DNA of 64,000 nt. Source: Bilabrum cf. latius (lineage: Eukaryota). Made by a program: the position numbers and the translations under genes. The stretch is from positions 372,001 through 436,000 of the forward strand of contig OZ237739.1 of the NCBI GenBank assembly GCA_965178125.1, given 5' to 3'. A model generated the notes under the pieces. That model saw nothing but the letters and a program-made list of their open reading frames with translations, was not told the origin of the DNA and did not search any database. Below, piece after piece: positions 1 through 15,000 of the stretch (within the stretch, counting starts at the first letter, position 1; every line of letters starts with the position of its first letter).

Positions 1-3000
1 GCTGTTTGTACCCTTGGACTTGGAGGTCTGACTCCTCCACCGCAAAGAAGCCCGCCGCACCATGGCTGCCTGCTCGGCAACGGATGCCATCGACCCGTGC
101 GACTTGCCCGACACGTTCACGTCACCTGCACCGAAGAAGCCAGAGCCTGCCCCGACCGCACCAACTGCACCGGCTGGCGTGGTCCCCGCACCCGGTGTCT
201 TGGGCATCTTGGCGGCCATCTCCGCCGCCATCTGCTCCTCCTCGTCGGGGGCCTCGTGGTCAGCCTCCCTGTCCGCGTTGTCCACTGCCATCGCCACAAG
301 GTCAAAGTCCTCAAAATCGTCGTCGTCGCCATCGAGGACGATCGCGCCCTCTAGGTCTTGAGAGGCCAGCGAGCCACTCGCCACTGCCGCACTGCGGTCG
401 CCGTCAGCAGCGCCTTCAGGATCACGCTCTGGCACGCCCTCGAGACCCATGCTGCGGTCGTAGTCCTTCTTCAGCTCGGCCATCTCGTCCTCGTCGATGT
501 CGCCCTTGCCCTTGTCCTTCTCCAGGGCGTGCGTCGCGGCGCGCAGGTCGATCTGGCTCTGTCTCACCTGTTTCAGAAGGTTCGGTGCCACGTCACCAAC
601 GCTATGCTCGTTGGCGTCGCCGCTGTCTGTTCGGACGCGGTTGGCGATTGCCATGACAGCGGCATCCACATCATCGCCCTTGCCACCCTTGCCAACCTTT
701 TCTCCCTTAGCGTTGAAGCCCTCGGGCAGCACCTGGCTGCTGCGCTTGCCCTTGGAGGTATCCCCCCAGTTGCGGAAGAGAGGCAGACCATCGTGCGCCC
801 GGCAATCCTCAGTGTTCCAATATACCGTGATCGCAACACCCGCAGAAACCCAAATGAGCGTAGCAAGAATGACAATAACGTTGCTGTCATACTGCATGTC
901 ATTGTTCTCGCGAGACGGCAGCTCGCCGTCTTCGGAGAGATCGCCGACGTCAGGTGCATCTGCAGCATCGGGGATGGCCACGTGTGTGATGAGCAGAAGC
1001 CACGCGATGATGGCTGCGATCACAATCGGCAGGCGGGCAAGGTCGTGCGCGCGCTCGAACGGCAGGGGGTTCTTCAACCACGTGGCGATCGCCAGTGCAG
1101 TCAGTGCCAGCGTGCCGATGATGATTGCAGCCAGCAGCGACCTCGTCTGCAGGATCACGCCGCACCACACCACGGTCACCATCGCAGCTGCCAGCATCAG
1201 GACAAAGGCTGGCTTGAGCTGCAGCTCCAGGGCCCACTGGTTGACGGCCTTGAAGCGCTTGGCCTCGGCGATGCGCGCCTCGGAGTAGCGCGCGGTCTGA
1301 TCCTCGTTGGCGCGAGTTGCCTCGGCCACGATCAGTCTCTGCTTCACATCCATTGCCTCCCAATCCTCTTCCCGCTCGTCCCTGCGCATGCGAACGCTCA
1401 GGCCCCACGCCAGCGTGGGGATAAACAGGATCAGCGCGACCGCAGAGAAGAACACGCCAGTGATGTGCTCCCCGGTCCAGCACGACACCTGCTCGCACAG
1501 CCCCTCGGTCTGACGGAAGGTACCGAAGGGAAACCCGCACGTCCAGATCTGCATGAAGATGATCAGCATCGGCACAGGCAGAATCAGCAGGATCACGTAA
1601 GCAACGAACACGAAGATCTCCCACAGGAAAGGGTGCATGATGTCGCGGCCCTCCTCAGGCTGCGTGTCTGACCCCTGCGAGTCGTAGCCGTCTTCCTCAG
1701 AGTCCGTACCGGCGGCCTCTGCCTGCCTTGTCTCGTCCTGCGCGTCCGAGTCCGTCGATCCCAGGGACTGCATCCGGCTGCTAAACCCTGCGTTCGTCAC
1801 ACCCGTCATGCCAGTCACGCGGCTGAATTCCGAGTCCTTTCGGCCCTTGGCACCCCTGCCTCCCGTGGTTCCATCCTGCTTTCCACCCCAGCCTGACCCG
1901 CCCTTTTGGGGTGAGTCCAGAAGCGACTTGCCGTCGAAGGGATTGGCGGGACGATCCGCCTCATCGTCGGCATCATCGTCCTCGTCTTGCGAGTTGCTGC
2001 CCTCGGTCCTCATCTTGCTGAGCATGTCGGCCACGGCGTCTGTGCCGCCGGTGCCCGCGGGAGTGGCCTGGCCGTCCATGCGCGAGCCCGACGCAGTGCC
2101 ACCAACCCCGGCAGATTTGCCTGCCTCCGCCTTGTCGTCCTCCGTGTCATCATCGGTAAAATCCGAGCCTTCGTCGTAGTCCGAGTCAATCACGTTGCCC
2201 TGGGCGTCCAGGGGCTTTACTTTTGGCTCGTCAGAGTCAGTCTCGATGATCCCCCAGCCGTTCTTTTCGTCCTCGATCGACTGCCTGCGACGGCGCTTCT
2301 TCTTCTTCTTCGACTTCTTGTCTGCCTTCTCTCCCTTGCCCTTGTCGTCGAAGGCTTCCTTCTCTTCCTGCGCGGCGGAAGCACCAGCGGCTGTTGCTTC
2401 TACGTCTCTGGCCTATCTATCACCCTTCTGCGACTTGCCGAGCTCTGCAGCATTCTTCTTCTTCTTCTAGCGGCGCCTCGCCCGCGCTGCCTTTCGGTCA
2501 GATGGGGCCTCCACATCGGAACCGCTTTCGCCCTCCTTGTCCTCCTCGTCCTGCTTCTTGCGCCTGCGCCGACGAGGCTTCTTCTTCCGCTTGCCGGTCT
2601 TCCGCTTCTTGTTTTTCTTGTCCGACTTGCCAGCATGGCCCGGTTTCCCGCCAGCCGCTCCGCCGTCGTCACCCGCCTCCTCCGTGCTGCCTCCAGCCTT
2701 CTCCTGGCTGCTAGAGCTGCGGGATTTCAGCGCGTGGTACCCCGTTTGGTCCGCCGATGGTGGCACCGACTGAAGACCACGCGGCACGGCACCTGCTCGT
2801 CGGCTTGTAGACTGCTCCTCGTCGGAGTCCTCGTCAGAGGACGACTCGATGTCTTCCCCGTCCTCATCTTCCTCCCCCACCTTCTCTCGACGCTTGTAGG
2901 CGTGCACGACATCGAACGAAATGACAAACATCGCAAAAATGGTCAAGATGATGAACAGGACAAAGAACATCAGGTACGTTTCGTAGTTCCGCAGCCCGAG

Positions 3001-6000
3001 CAGAGTGAATGTCCTGATGGTGGCCTTCAATGGCACGTAGGTCAGCCAAGGGATGCCCTCGTGGAACAGTGGTGCTGCCAGCAGGAAGGCCCAGAGCACG
3101 AAGGCCGTGATCATAAAGATGTTCCTCCAATTGTAGTACAGCTGTTCCGTCGGGATGACCCACTCGTCAGGCTGCAGGTCGGTGTCTTGGTCGAACACCA
3201 AGTACAGCGCGAGCAGAACAGCAAAGACGATGGCGATGATCACCGTGAGCATGATGATTGCAGTCGTCTGCTGGTCCGAGGTATCCGCACGCAAAACGAG
3301 AGATAGGCTGAGTCCTTGGTCTGCCTCATCACAATTTTGGTCGATCAAAGCAGTGATGAGCTGCTGCTACGCTCGCTCCGTGCACGTCTGGTTGGCGCAC
3401 AGCCGTGTCTGCTGTAGCTCAGGGCACTCCTGCCCGCCGAATTGCGCTGGTACAAGCACGGGCCGAGTCCTGTTTTGGTTGCCACCGTCGCATTCGGCGC
3501 TGCAGTTGCCGTATGCGGTCCAGTTGCCCACAACGCAGTCAATCGGGCAAGGCTGTTCGTTGCACGAACGAGAGTCCTCCAGAGCCGGACAGTCCAGGGC
3601 CCCGTAGGCAGGATACACCGTAACGTTGCGGGTCCTGATCTGCGTCCCGTTACCGCACTCCAGGCTGCACTCACCCCAGCCACCCCATGCCGACACCTGG
3701 CACTGCTGCAGGCAGTGGCCGGTAGCACAGCCCTCGGGGAACGACGCGCAGTCAGCGGCCTGACAGAACGGATTGTCAAAACCAGGATCGCACTCGCACT
3801 GCCCGCCACCGGTGGCCGTGCATACACCGTTGCCGTTGCACATGTCAGCTGGTGCCGCCTCCGTGTCACATGTACAGCATGAAGGACCTGTCCAGCCAGG
3901 AGCACACTCGCACTGGCCGGGAGCAGGCGACGTGATGCTTGCGCAGCCGCCATTGCCACTGCACGAAATCGTCACGTCGCAAATCACGCCCACACTGGTC
4001 ACAGCAGTGCTCGTGACCGTCCGCCTGAAGCTGCGTGCTCCGACTGCGGTATCCTGCAGCTGTGTCGAGTGCCACTGCAAGAAGAGGTTGTGCGGGATCG
4101 ACTGGCCAGGCTGCACCAACGGCTGCACCTCGGCCGGCGCGATTAGTGTGACGATATCGTTCTCAGACACCTCTGGCATGAGGAAGCTGAGCACGTCAAA
4201 CTTGGGCTCAGCGGATTGTTGTCCCAGTGACAGGTCCAGGCCTGAGAGTACCTGGGCTCGCCTGCGCCCTCCTTCTGCACTCTACGAGATCGGGACGGCC
4301 TTGCGCGCGTCTCTATCAAACCGAGCCAAGAGCTGGCCAGTCGTGGGGTGTCGCGCCATACCGTCTGACAGCAGAGACCTGGCGATTCTGGACCCTCCAA
4401 ACTCTTCAATTAGTCTTCTCGAGCTGCCGTTGCTCGCCGGGGGCAACACGTTGAGCGAAGAGTTGCCAAATCCAGGGAAGTTGCCGAGATCCGTCGTGTT
4501 GTACAGATCAACGAGATCTTGCAAGGTCAAGTTCTTGGCAAATTCGGCCGTAACGTTCAACCGCTGCCCACCCAACGACCAGGTTCCGTTGCTCGATGCA
4601 ACAGAGGCATTCCCGGATGTGGTGTTGAGAGGACTGCGGTCAAGGCCAAGGTATATAGACGTCTCGTTCACGTCAATGGAAATGAAGCCACCTGGCACGA
4701 TCACAGCCAGTGTCACATCCTTGGCACTGTTCGTCAGGTTCTGAATCTGCGGCACAACATCAACAACGATGTCATACTTTTCATCAGTAGATATCTCGTC
4801 AGTCGGGAACCTGTCCACCGGCATAAGCTCCAGCGGCTCGAGCACAACGAGATCCGCAGAGAGTGCCTCCGCCGTCACTGGGGCGGTACCCACGCCAGCG
4901 AAGGTTCCTTTGACCGAGACCGTGTCACCTGACTGCACGCTTGCAGACACGAACGTGCGTAGCACGCCCGTTATCTGATCTGGTCTGGCGTTGTCCGTTC
5001 CTGCATTCAACACAGTGCACAAAGGTACTGTGACAAGGCTGCCTGTCGATGTCGAAGTCGCGGCGAGGGCTGTCGCGGGCAGTCCGCCGGCGCAGCTTGA
5101 AGTCACCGTCGCATTCGACGACATCGAGACTACATCCACAGGAACGAGCAGCCCAGGTGGGTTCAACTCGAACCGCAGCGTGGCGTCCAGAATTGTGGAC
5201 TCGGGCACAGTCGCCACGACGTACACATCAACGGTCTGGCCTGGCACCAGCTTCTAGTCGTCAGGAGTCTGCGAGCTCGCGTCAATTCGTACTGCCACGA
5301 CGGGCTCTGCAATCACAAACTGCGGGTCTGCACCCACGGTACCTGCAACGGAGCCGGCAAGCGGGGCGACCGCGATTGGTTGGGTCCTGTACGTCATCGC
5401 GGCGTTCGGGCGGATGGTGGAGCTCGCCTCCGCGGAATGCGTGACGCGCGCAATTACGCGAATTACTACCGTTTCACCGAGATCAATCGTCGGGATTTCC
5501 GCGACCAAGCCGCGGCTGGGGTCCACAGAGACGTCCGTCCTCGCGAAACTTTCGTTGAATACAAGGCCTCGTCCTTCCACACGCACCTCGACTAGCTCAA
5601 AGAGCGGGCTGTTGTCGAAGGCCAGTCCGGTGCCATCAACGTAGCTGTCATCCGAAATCGCCACATCGTGCATCTGAGATGTGGATGCAGCGTCGTGCGT
5701 AATCGTGACCGAATATTCTACCAAGTCACCGGCATCCACCGCCACTGCAGGTGCCGGTGAAGTACGGGCCTGTACCACCGTTGCAGCGACCGGCAGCACG
5801 TACGTGACGGTTGGAATCGCAACCGTAATCTGACCGGCTGGCACAAACCTGGAGGTCAGATTCACGCTGCCACCTCCTAGCCTGTGCCCCGGTAACAGAG
5901 ACGGCAAAGTATCAATCTCAACGAGGACATTCACTTGGAGTGTCTCGGTGGTGTAATCCTGTCCGGAATTGAGCACACGTCTGCTAGAAAAATCGACCGG

Positions 6001-9000
6001 GGCCGATACTCTTCTCCAAGCCGCAGGACCCTGGTTGTCATCGTCTGAGTTTGTGATGTTGCACAGGTGAATTGAAGCTTGGCGACCGGAGCCTGACGTT
6101 TGCATGCTCAAAGCTACCGCCTCCCATGAGCCACACGAGGATGACAGCAAGGGCGAGTTCGGCTCGATCGAAGCACCTATGACCCTAATTGGACCAGCAG
6201 CAAGCTGTACAGAAATATCAGCAAGCTCCAGTCGTCCTTCTGGAAGAGCGATATCGAACGACACGTTGAAGCGCTACCCTGCTGCAAAATCTAGTGTGCC
6301 AGGCGTGGTGTCTCCAGTGTCAATGTCAACGCCGAGAGCTGGAGATCTGATCCCTATCGAAGGGTTCGACGAAGCTAGGGTGGCATCAACGGTAGCCATC
6401 TTGTCCTTGGGGTGGCTTCCGAACTCCACTTGCAGCTTCGGGCTCAGCGTGAAACCTCCTGCGTCAGGGCCGCTGCCGGCCTGCACGTCAGTCGTCAGCT
6501 TGATCACGTATTCCACCTTCAAGTCATCGCCGACTGGCAATGGCCCTAGCAGATTCAAGATGCGCACATCCTGCTGGCTCGGATCAACCGACTACCTTGT
6601 GCTGCTATTCCGCAGGTAATGCACAGTGCCATTGATGCTGACACTCACCACTTCGTACTGCCCCACGCCAAGGGTGTCGTCCGACACAATGACGGAGTAT
6701 GCAGCCGAGGTGGACCTCAGATGGTGCGAGATCGTGAAATTGTACTCGATTGTATCCCCTGCATCCACGTTGGCCACTGCTCGCGGCAGCACCTCGAAAG
6801 CGTCAAGCTGAGCCACTCCAATGTCCGCACTGGCTGTAGAGGACAGCACAACCACGCCTGATGAGCTTGGGGTTGGCAGACCAGGAGCATTCGTAGTGTA
6901 CGCCAGAACCGATGTGTCACTTGTGTAGTCAAGGGACAGGTCGACCGTCTAACCTTGCACGCTGCTGTTCGAGCTCGAGAGCACAGTAGCCGTGTATACG
7001 AGTCGCAAGACATTACCTGGACCGCTGGCATTCAGGTTCCGGCTGTTCCTCAAAGACCCAATATTTACGGCGAATCCAGACAAAGTTGGCCCGACCAGAC
7101 CAAGAGAACCAACCAGTTGGTTCAACTAGGCTGCATCCACGGCATCTAGATCGTCATCGAGTGAAGTCAAATCCGAAGCAAGCACAGCTGGGGCATCAAA
7201 CACTGGGACCCCAGGCTGGCCATTGCTCAAGGCAGTTCCCGCTCCCTGCATCGACCCGCCCGTCGCTGTGATGGTCCTGTTGGCGTTGTCAACTTCCACC
7301 AGAGTGAAGTTGTACAGCAGTCCCGCCGGCACAAGCGAGACGTTGATAAGCCCGGCTGCAGAGATACCCTCGGGTACGATGATGTCTACGGTGATAAATA
7401 AACTCGATCCGATGGCAGCAACACCGTCAATGCCAGATACGCCGTCATCCGAAACGGTAACGGTTGCCTGAGGGGGCTTGACCTCAATTTCGTTGCTAGG
7501 AATCAGCGGGGACGAGTAGTTCTTGCGGGACTCTGAACTGCCCGCGGGAACGGAAGACCACGTCACGCGCGTAGCCGGACTCACCACCGAGCCAGCAACA
7601 AGCAAGGCACCCATCTAGATCGTATACTACACATCCAGAATTTCGCCCGGAAGCAGGGCAGGGATCACCACAACCCCATCGGTGCCAAGCAGCGGGTCTG
7701 ACTCGTTGATCGGCTGGAGCACGCCATCGATTCGCACTGTCAGGTTCACGACGGAGTACACTCCAGTCACCGACACCGGGTCTCTGATAACGATGTCGTA
7801 CGCTGGCACGTCCGCGCCCGTGTTGTTCAGCCCAACATCAATGCTAACAAGGTCGAATGCATCGACTCTACCCTGGGGATCGGCGCCGCCACCCGAGGCT
7901 TTCGTTGCCTATACGACTGGCGTGGACAGCTCCGACTCGATCAAGGTGATACCATCAGAGACAAAGCACCGCGGTGCCTCCAGACCAGTTTCTACGGTCG
8001 TATTCAGCCTAAGTGTGGACCCCGGGCTCAACTCAGCCAGCGAAGAGTCGCTCACCACCCGTGCCACAAATACAAACTGGACGAGGCCTGCACCATCCGG
8101 AGCGCCAGAGCTGACCACGAGGGGGCAAGAGGAGAATCCAGTCACCTTTCCAGCCGATGATAAAGTCTCAGTTCCAATCAGTTGATTGAGACTCAAATCA
8201 GACTCGGTTGCATTCGCTTGCGGCTGTTCAAGGCCGCAGAATTCGTAGCCTCCGCGCGTCTCCGAGCGCCGAAGGACTGCCTCGCTAGCCAGCTCTACGG
8301 CCGATTCGTTGTAGATAATCCTATCTAGCCTGAATCCATCCATGAATCCAGGACGAGACGCCTCGAGAAGCACGGAAAGGTTGGCAGAGATGCCACGCGG
8401 AAGATCAATGGAAACCACATGCACTAGCTGCTGGCCAAACGTGGCTACCAACGTAGAGGCAGTCAAGTTGTCGCTTCCAAGCGTTGCATCAACAGTGGAA
8501 CCCCGGAGCGAGCCTGCAGTCTGGTTTGCGACCTGCTGCAGATCATCAAATCCAGGGCCAGGATACACGCGGGACTGCTCGCCAGAGCCCGGGTAGTCCC
8601 TCCAGGTTCCATCAAGACCACCAGGGTGCAGCGTGCGAACGTCCGCTTGCTGAACTGTACCAACCCCGTTGGGATGCGACGAGTATCGGACGCCAATACT
8701 GGTCTTGATCGGTTGGTTTGGCTGCACGTGTTGCTCAACGGCATACGTGATTTCGAATGGAGTGTCGTCCGAGACGGCCAGCTCATCCAGCATAAACAAA
8801 CTACCGGTGCCAATGTCAGTGCTGTAGTTTGACCTGTAGAAACCTGCGACTTCGGAGAAAACCTCGACTCCACCCAAAACTACACGTACAACCCTGAGTA
8901 AAGGATTCGTCCGGTTGAGTGCCTCGTCGAATAGCTCAATGCCAAATGCGTTGCTCGTCGAGTTGCTTGTGTGATCGATGGTGCCAGTCACAGCAAATCT

Positions 9001-12000
9001 ATCCCCAGCCTGGAGCTGGGACAAGTCTTGGCTAGTCACCAGGACCACCTCCTCGAGCTCTGGCTCCACGATTTCGAGTACGTTGATTCCTGACGAAACT
9101 GAGCTGCCGAACGAGACGCCTTGCCCAAAAGAGGCAAATTTAGCGGTAGCTGTGATGTCTGCACCAGCTGCAACCTGCGAGTCATCTTGCACAAGCGCTC
9201 TCGTCACAACTGTCAGCACGCCGGGAGGCACTGCCCCGTTCTACGTTCCGGCGTTGTTACGTAACGTGCACATAGATACGTTGAATACACCTGTCGTAGT
9301 GTCAAACTGAGATTCTCGCCTTAGAATGGCAGCTGTGAGCGGCTCCTCAGCCCCACTAGCAACGCCGCATAACATCGTGTAGTTGCCAGAGTCGATTTCA
9401 AGGGTCACAACACTTGCGTTGAGTAGGCTGCCGCTCGGACCGAACACAATCGAAAGCGACGCGTTGCCATACGTACCCGCTGGGAGCACCATGGTGGAAC
9501 GTACCTCGACTACGCTGCCCGCAGTTGCACTTGACGTAACGCCATTTCCGCCCAGTGTTGCGATAGTCGTATTCAGCTGTGAGCCCAGCGTAGCCACGGT
9601 GGGATTCTCGTCGGCGAGTGCTGTGTACGCCCGGGATAGCGGTGCGGCCGCCACACTCTGGTACCTGACACGAATTTCCGGCCGGAATACTGACGGCAAA
9701 GCTGCGGTGGTCAGGATTCGAAGCGACACTCCGACATCAAGCGCCTCTTCCACTGCCAGTTCGTCCAGCTCAATGAGCACCGTAGAGTCGCTGATGTTGC
9801 CGACAATCCGAGCCGCGCTCATGTTCGCTGTGGAGCCAACGAACTCGTAGAACTATCCAACCAAAGGACTTGCATCGAAGAGTTCCACAGCATAGGCATT
9901 ACTTGCCGATGCAGAGTCATGCAGCACGGAGAGGTTAAAGGTTATCACGTCACCGGCAGCCAAGTCGCTGAAACTGAGTTCGTCAAATGGACTGAGCCGC
10001 AACGTGGGCTCCTGCACCGTAAGATTACTAGACACAGATGATACCGACTCGGTCGCTGCACCTCCGAGCGAGTCGAAGGTAAGGTTCATCGCGACGCGGT
10101 ACTCATCAGATGCTGTCGACCCGTTCCTGTTCAGCACTAAAAGAGGGATCGAAATCTCGATGAACTCCAGGGCTGTGTCATTCACATTTGCGTTGATGAC
10201 ATCTCCCAAACTGATTGATGCGGTGAGACCCCCATCGCTGGTGACAAAGGCAGATGCGATTGCCTCCAAACTGCTATTGCTAGTTCCAATCTGCACGTCA
10301 GCGGCAAAGGAAGTGATCACTGGCCGGATGCTTGCATCCAGTAGCCCGTTCGGAGCGCCGATGGCATCCACTGGACTGCCAGCAGACAGGTTCGCCGAAA
10401 GTCCGGCAAACACAGCAAACTGGTTTGGAAGAATTGCAGCCTCCAGCACCACGTCACTGAGTCGGCCCTGGGGCACACGGACCCGCGCGGTGACGTACGC
10501 AACGGAGCCGATACTCGCAACATCTAAGCTCCTGCCATTGTCCCGAGAAGCTTCTACTCGAGCAAACACGGCGGGTGCATCAATGCCTTCCACGGCGGTT
10601 GAGAATGTAACGTTGGGCCCGGCTCGCGTAGCTACGTAGTCTCTTGCCCTGCCAGTCGCGGGGTGCGTAAAGAACCGTACCAAAGGAGCAGTCTCAAACG
10701 ACGAGTATAACAGAACGTCAGGCGTAAATTCAACGATATACTCCACCTACACGAGGCTCTTGTTCGCGGGCAAACGATCGATGGTTCCAAAGACACCATC
10801 TGTACCGGAGCTGGTCAAAAACCTCAAACCACCAGTCGAATTCAACGCGATGTCCACGCCGTCCACGCGAAGTGCGACAACGGTATACGGAGCTGATGCC
10901 CCCAACAACGTAGAATCAACTAATTGAACTCCAAACGCATCCGATGACGCCTAAAGACCAGCGGTAACGTTGAAAAACACAGAAACCCTGTCGCCACCTC
11001 CTACGGTCGTCTCTAAGGCAAACGATCCAGATTGATCCAGTTCAGGCTATCGTACAATGAGAGTCTCGTTCTAAACAACTGGTGCACCGACAAGAGTGCT
11101 TGCGTTAAGGGTGGCAGTCAAGATTGAGACCACGTTACGAGACACTACCGACGCATTCAGCACCAGCAGCTCCACCACCACCTCCACACGCTCGTCCGTC
11201 ACACCGTCGTCCACTCCGCTGTTCCGCACATCCCCGAGACCAATCGTTGCAACGCCACTCACAGAGTCTACCACGCTGCCGCTCACCAACGCGCCAAGTG
11301 CAACACGCGTGCCGTTCGACAACGTGCCGCTCAGCACACCGCCTGACCCACTGCTGGGGCTCACAGACACCACGCGCTGCACAGACACCACGTCAGGACG
11401 GCTCACGCTCACGGACAGGGACGCGCCGTACAGCGTGCCCTCAGCCACTGACAACGACACTGTCGCCAACACCGTCTGGCCTGCCACAATGTCCGTGTCC
11501 ACCACCGTCGCCGTGTCCGTCGCAGTCGTCAGCACCATCGACGGACCAGGCACGCTCACCACTGGATCCGATGCTGCCGCCTCGCTGTAGTTGCGGCCCC
11601 CGCCGTACTCGCTGCCCGGATGAGAGCTGTACTGCACGCGCACCGCCGGCACAATGTCATCCGACGATGACACCTCGTCCGTCAGTCGCACGCGGTACAC
11701 CAACACAGAGCTGTCCGAGACCACAGGAAGCACAGCCCACTCGCCATCGCTGCCATGACCAGACACAGACCCGCTCACCCCAGACTGGTACGTCGTCACG
11801 CCATCCACGCGCACCTCCTCCACCACATAGTCACGACCAGGCAGAGTCACGTCCCGCACACGAGCCTCATACGCAGGACTGAACGTCGCGCCCTGAGTCG
11901 CGTTCAGCACCACTACAAACTGAGCCACATCCCCGCCATCCGCCACCAGCGTCAACGGACTCACGCTCACGCTCAGCTCGGGCTCCTGTAGCACGATCGT

Positions 12001-15000
12001 CTCCGTCGACCCCAGCCCGCCATCCACGCCCGCATCCAGCAGCAATGTCGACAGCTCCGCCGTCACAGGAAGCACCTCCCCGCGAGCCACACCGCTCGCA
12101 TTCTAAATCGTGCCCTCAAGCACAACCTCTAGCACCTCGCTCAATGCGCCCACTGATCCATCCTCACGGTCCACGTTGCGGAACGAGCACAGTGGCACGC
12201 TGTACCACGACACGCCAGACCCACGACCCACAAACAGCGACGACTGAAGCATGTACGATTCCAAGTCAAACCCGCCAGATCCCACACCCACACAAGATGA
12301 CGACAACACGCCATTGCTCGGGCTGGGCTGCTCCACACCGCCGCGAAGCACACGCACGCTAGTCACGCGCTGCAGACGGAACTCCTCAGCGTCGCCCACA
12401 GGCACAGACACATTCAACGAGCTCGAAGACATCGTGGCCTCAGGCAGCACCACACTCACGTTCAATACCACCACGCTGCCGCTGGTCCCGTCCAGACGAT
12501 CCAACGTGCTCGAGTCAGTCTACACACGCACATCCACCACAGGCCGACCCACGCTCATCTCCTGAGACTCGGACACAGACGCGCTGTAGTTGCGGGCCTC
12601 CGACAGACGCACTGGCGAGCTGCGCCACCGCAGCTCCACATCCGGCACGCTGTAGTTCGCCCCAGCTTCCACCGCAGACGATACCACCAGCTCGAACCGG
12701 ATCTCCAGGCCCTGACCCACAAGCAGCTCGTCCACCACTAGGATCGCGTCTGCGTCCTCCACAAGACCATCCACTGGATTGCCAGGGCTCGCCACCAACG
12801 CGCCGTTCTGCCACACGCGACCCAGCGCATATGCTGGCGTGCCCCCGAACGCCTGCGTCCCAATCAGACCGCCGTCTGCAAGCACCAGCCCGAATGCAGA
12901 CGAGTCAGATGTAGACGTGTGGTTGATTGACACATTGAAGAACAATGAGTCGCCCGCATCCACTGCTAGCAGACCCTGCTCAGGACGCACAGACGGAACA
13001 TTCACAGACGGCTCCACTATCGTAAGCACCAACGAACCGTTCGTCTAAGCCGGCACGATGTCCGCCGACTCGATCGACGATGACACCGTCACGCTTGCGC
13101 CTCGCACAGACACACTCACATTCGATGACACCACGCCTCGCACCACCACCTCCAGCGGCTCCTGCACCGCATTGTCAGTGTCGTTGTTCACAAGCACACA
13201 CGGACCCAGGGTCACGCGACCCGTCGAGCTGTCCACCGCGAAGTTCCCTGCCAGCCCCAACGCAGACACGTCCGCCTCGGGATCAGCCCCGCACTGCACA
13301 CGCAAAAACCCGCTCGACGGACCCCGCACGCTCACAAGCTCCATGCTGCCCGCCTCAAGCACGTCCGTGTTGCTCAGTGACACGGTCACCTAAGCCCCTT
13401 GCACAGTGCCCTCCGGCACGATCACAGTCGTCACAAGCTCGATCTCCTGCCCAACCACCACCGACGGCAATGACAAAGACGGGGCCGCAGACACATCGCC
13501 GCTTCGTGGATACACACGCACTGCCGGCCCGCGATGCACAACCGTCACGTCAGACTCAGCCGCAAGCGAGTCATTACGGGCCACGCTCTCGTCCGGATGA
13601 GACCACCACTGCACGCCAAGGCTCGTGCTCAATGACCCCTCCACGTCGATCGACGTCTGCAGCTCCAGCGACACAGTCACATTCACCATGCCCCCAGCCT
13701 CCAGTCGAGGCACAATCGCTACCACATCTCCAGCGGCCTCCACGCTCCCATCCACCACTCCAACACCCCCGCTGCCCCACTCAGCCACCTCGCTCCCGTT
13801 GAATTGCACACGGTGCACCACATACTTGCCGGTCCGCAGACCAAGGTCGCGCACCGTCACATTGAACGCATCCGCGTCCGACACACCAGCATGCCGCACC
13901 AGCATCGTAAACGTCACGATGTCGCCGGCGTCCGTGTTGCCGAACAGCACCGGGGACACCTCAGCAGGTACCAACTGCGACTGCCGCACAGTCAGCAACA
14001 CGCTCTGCTCGGGCTCCTCCGAAGCATCCAGAGACGGTGCGCTCAGATTCGCGTACACCAACGAAGATGCTCCACGCACCACCACGTCACGGTCATCCCG
14101 CACAAGCAGCTCCACCACCACCTCCACACGCTCGTCCGTCGCACCGTCGTCCACTCCGCTGTTCCGCACATCCCCGAGACCAATCGTTGCAACGCCACTC
14201 ACAGAGTCTACCACGCTGCCGCTCACCAACGCGCCAAGTGCAACACGCGTGCCGTTCGACAACGTGCCGCTCAGCACACCGCCTGACCCACTGCTGGGGC
14301 TCACAGACACCACGCGCTGCACAGACACCACGTCAGGACGGCTCACGCTCACAGACAGGGACGCGCCGTACAGCGTGCCCTCAGCCACTGACAACGACAC
14401 TGTCGCCAACACCGTCTGGCCTGCCACAATGTCCGTGTCCACCACCGTCGCCGTGTCCGTCGCAGTCGTCAGCACCATCGACGGACCAGGCACGCTCACC
14501 ACTGGATCCGATGCTGCCGCCTCGCTGTAGTTGCGGCCCCCGCCGTACTCGCTGCCCGGATGAGAGCTGTACTGCACGCGCACCGCCGGCACAATGTCAT
14601 CCGACGATGACACCTCGTCCGTCAGTCGCACGCGGTACACCAACACAGAGCTGTCCGAGACCACAGGAAGCACAGCCCACTCGCCATCGCTGCCATGACC
14701 AGACACAGACCCGCTCACCCCAGACTGGTACGTCGTCACGCCATCCACGCGCACCTCCTCCACCACATAGTCACGACCAGGCAGAGTCACGTCCCGCACA
14801 CGAGCCTCATACGCAGGACTGAACGTCGCGCCCTGGGTCGCGTTCAGCATCACTACAAACTGAGCCACATCCCCGCCATCCGCCACCAGCGTCAACGGAC
14901 TCACGCTCACGCTCAGCTCGGGCTCCTGGTATAGTAGTGTCTCGTTATCGCTCATTGAAGGGTTCGTGGCTGGGGACAAGAAGTCAGTCTGGAAATTGGC

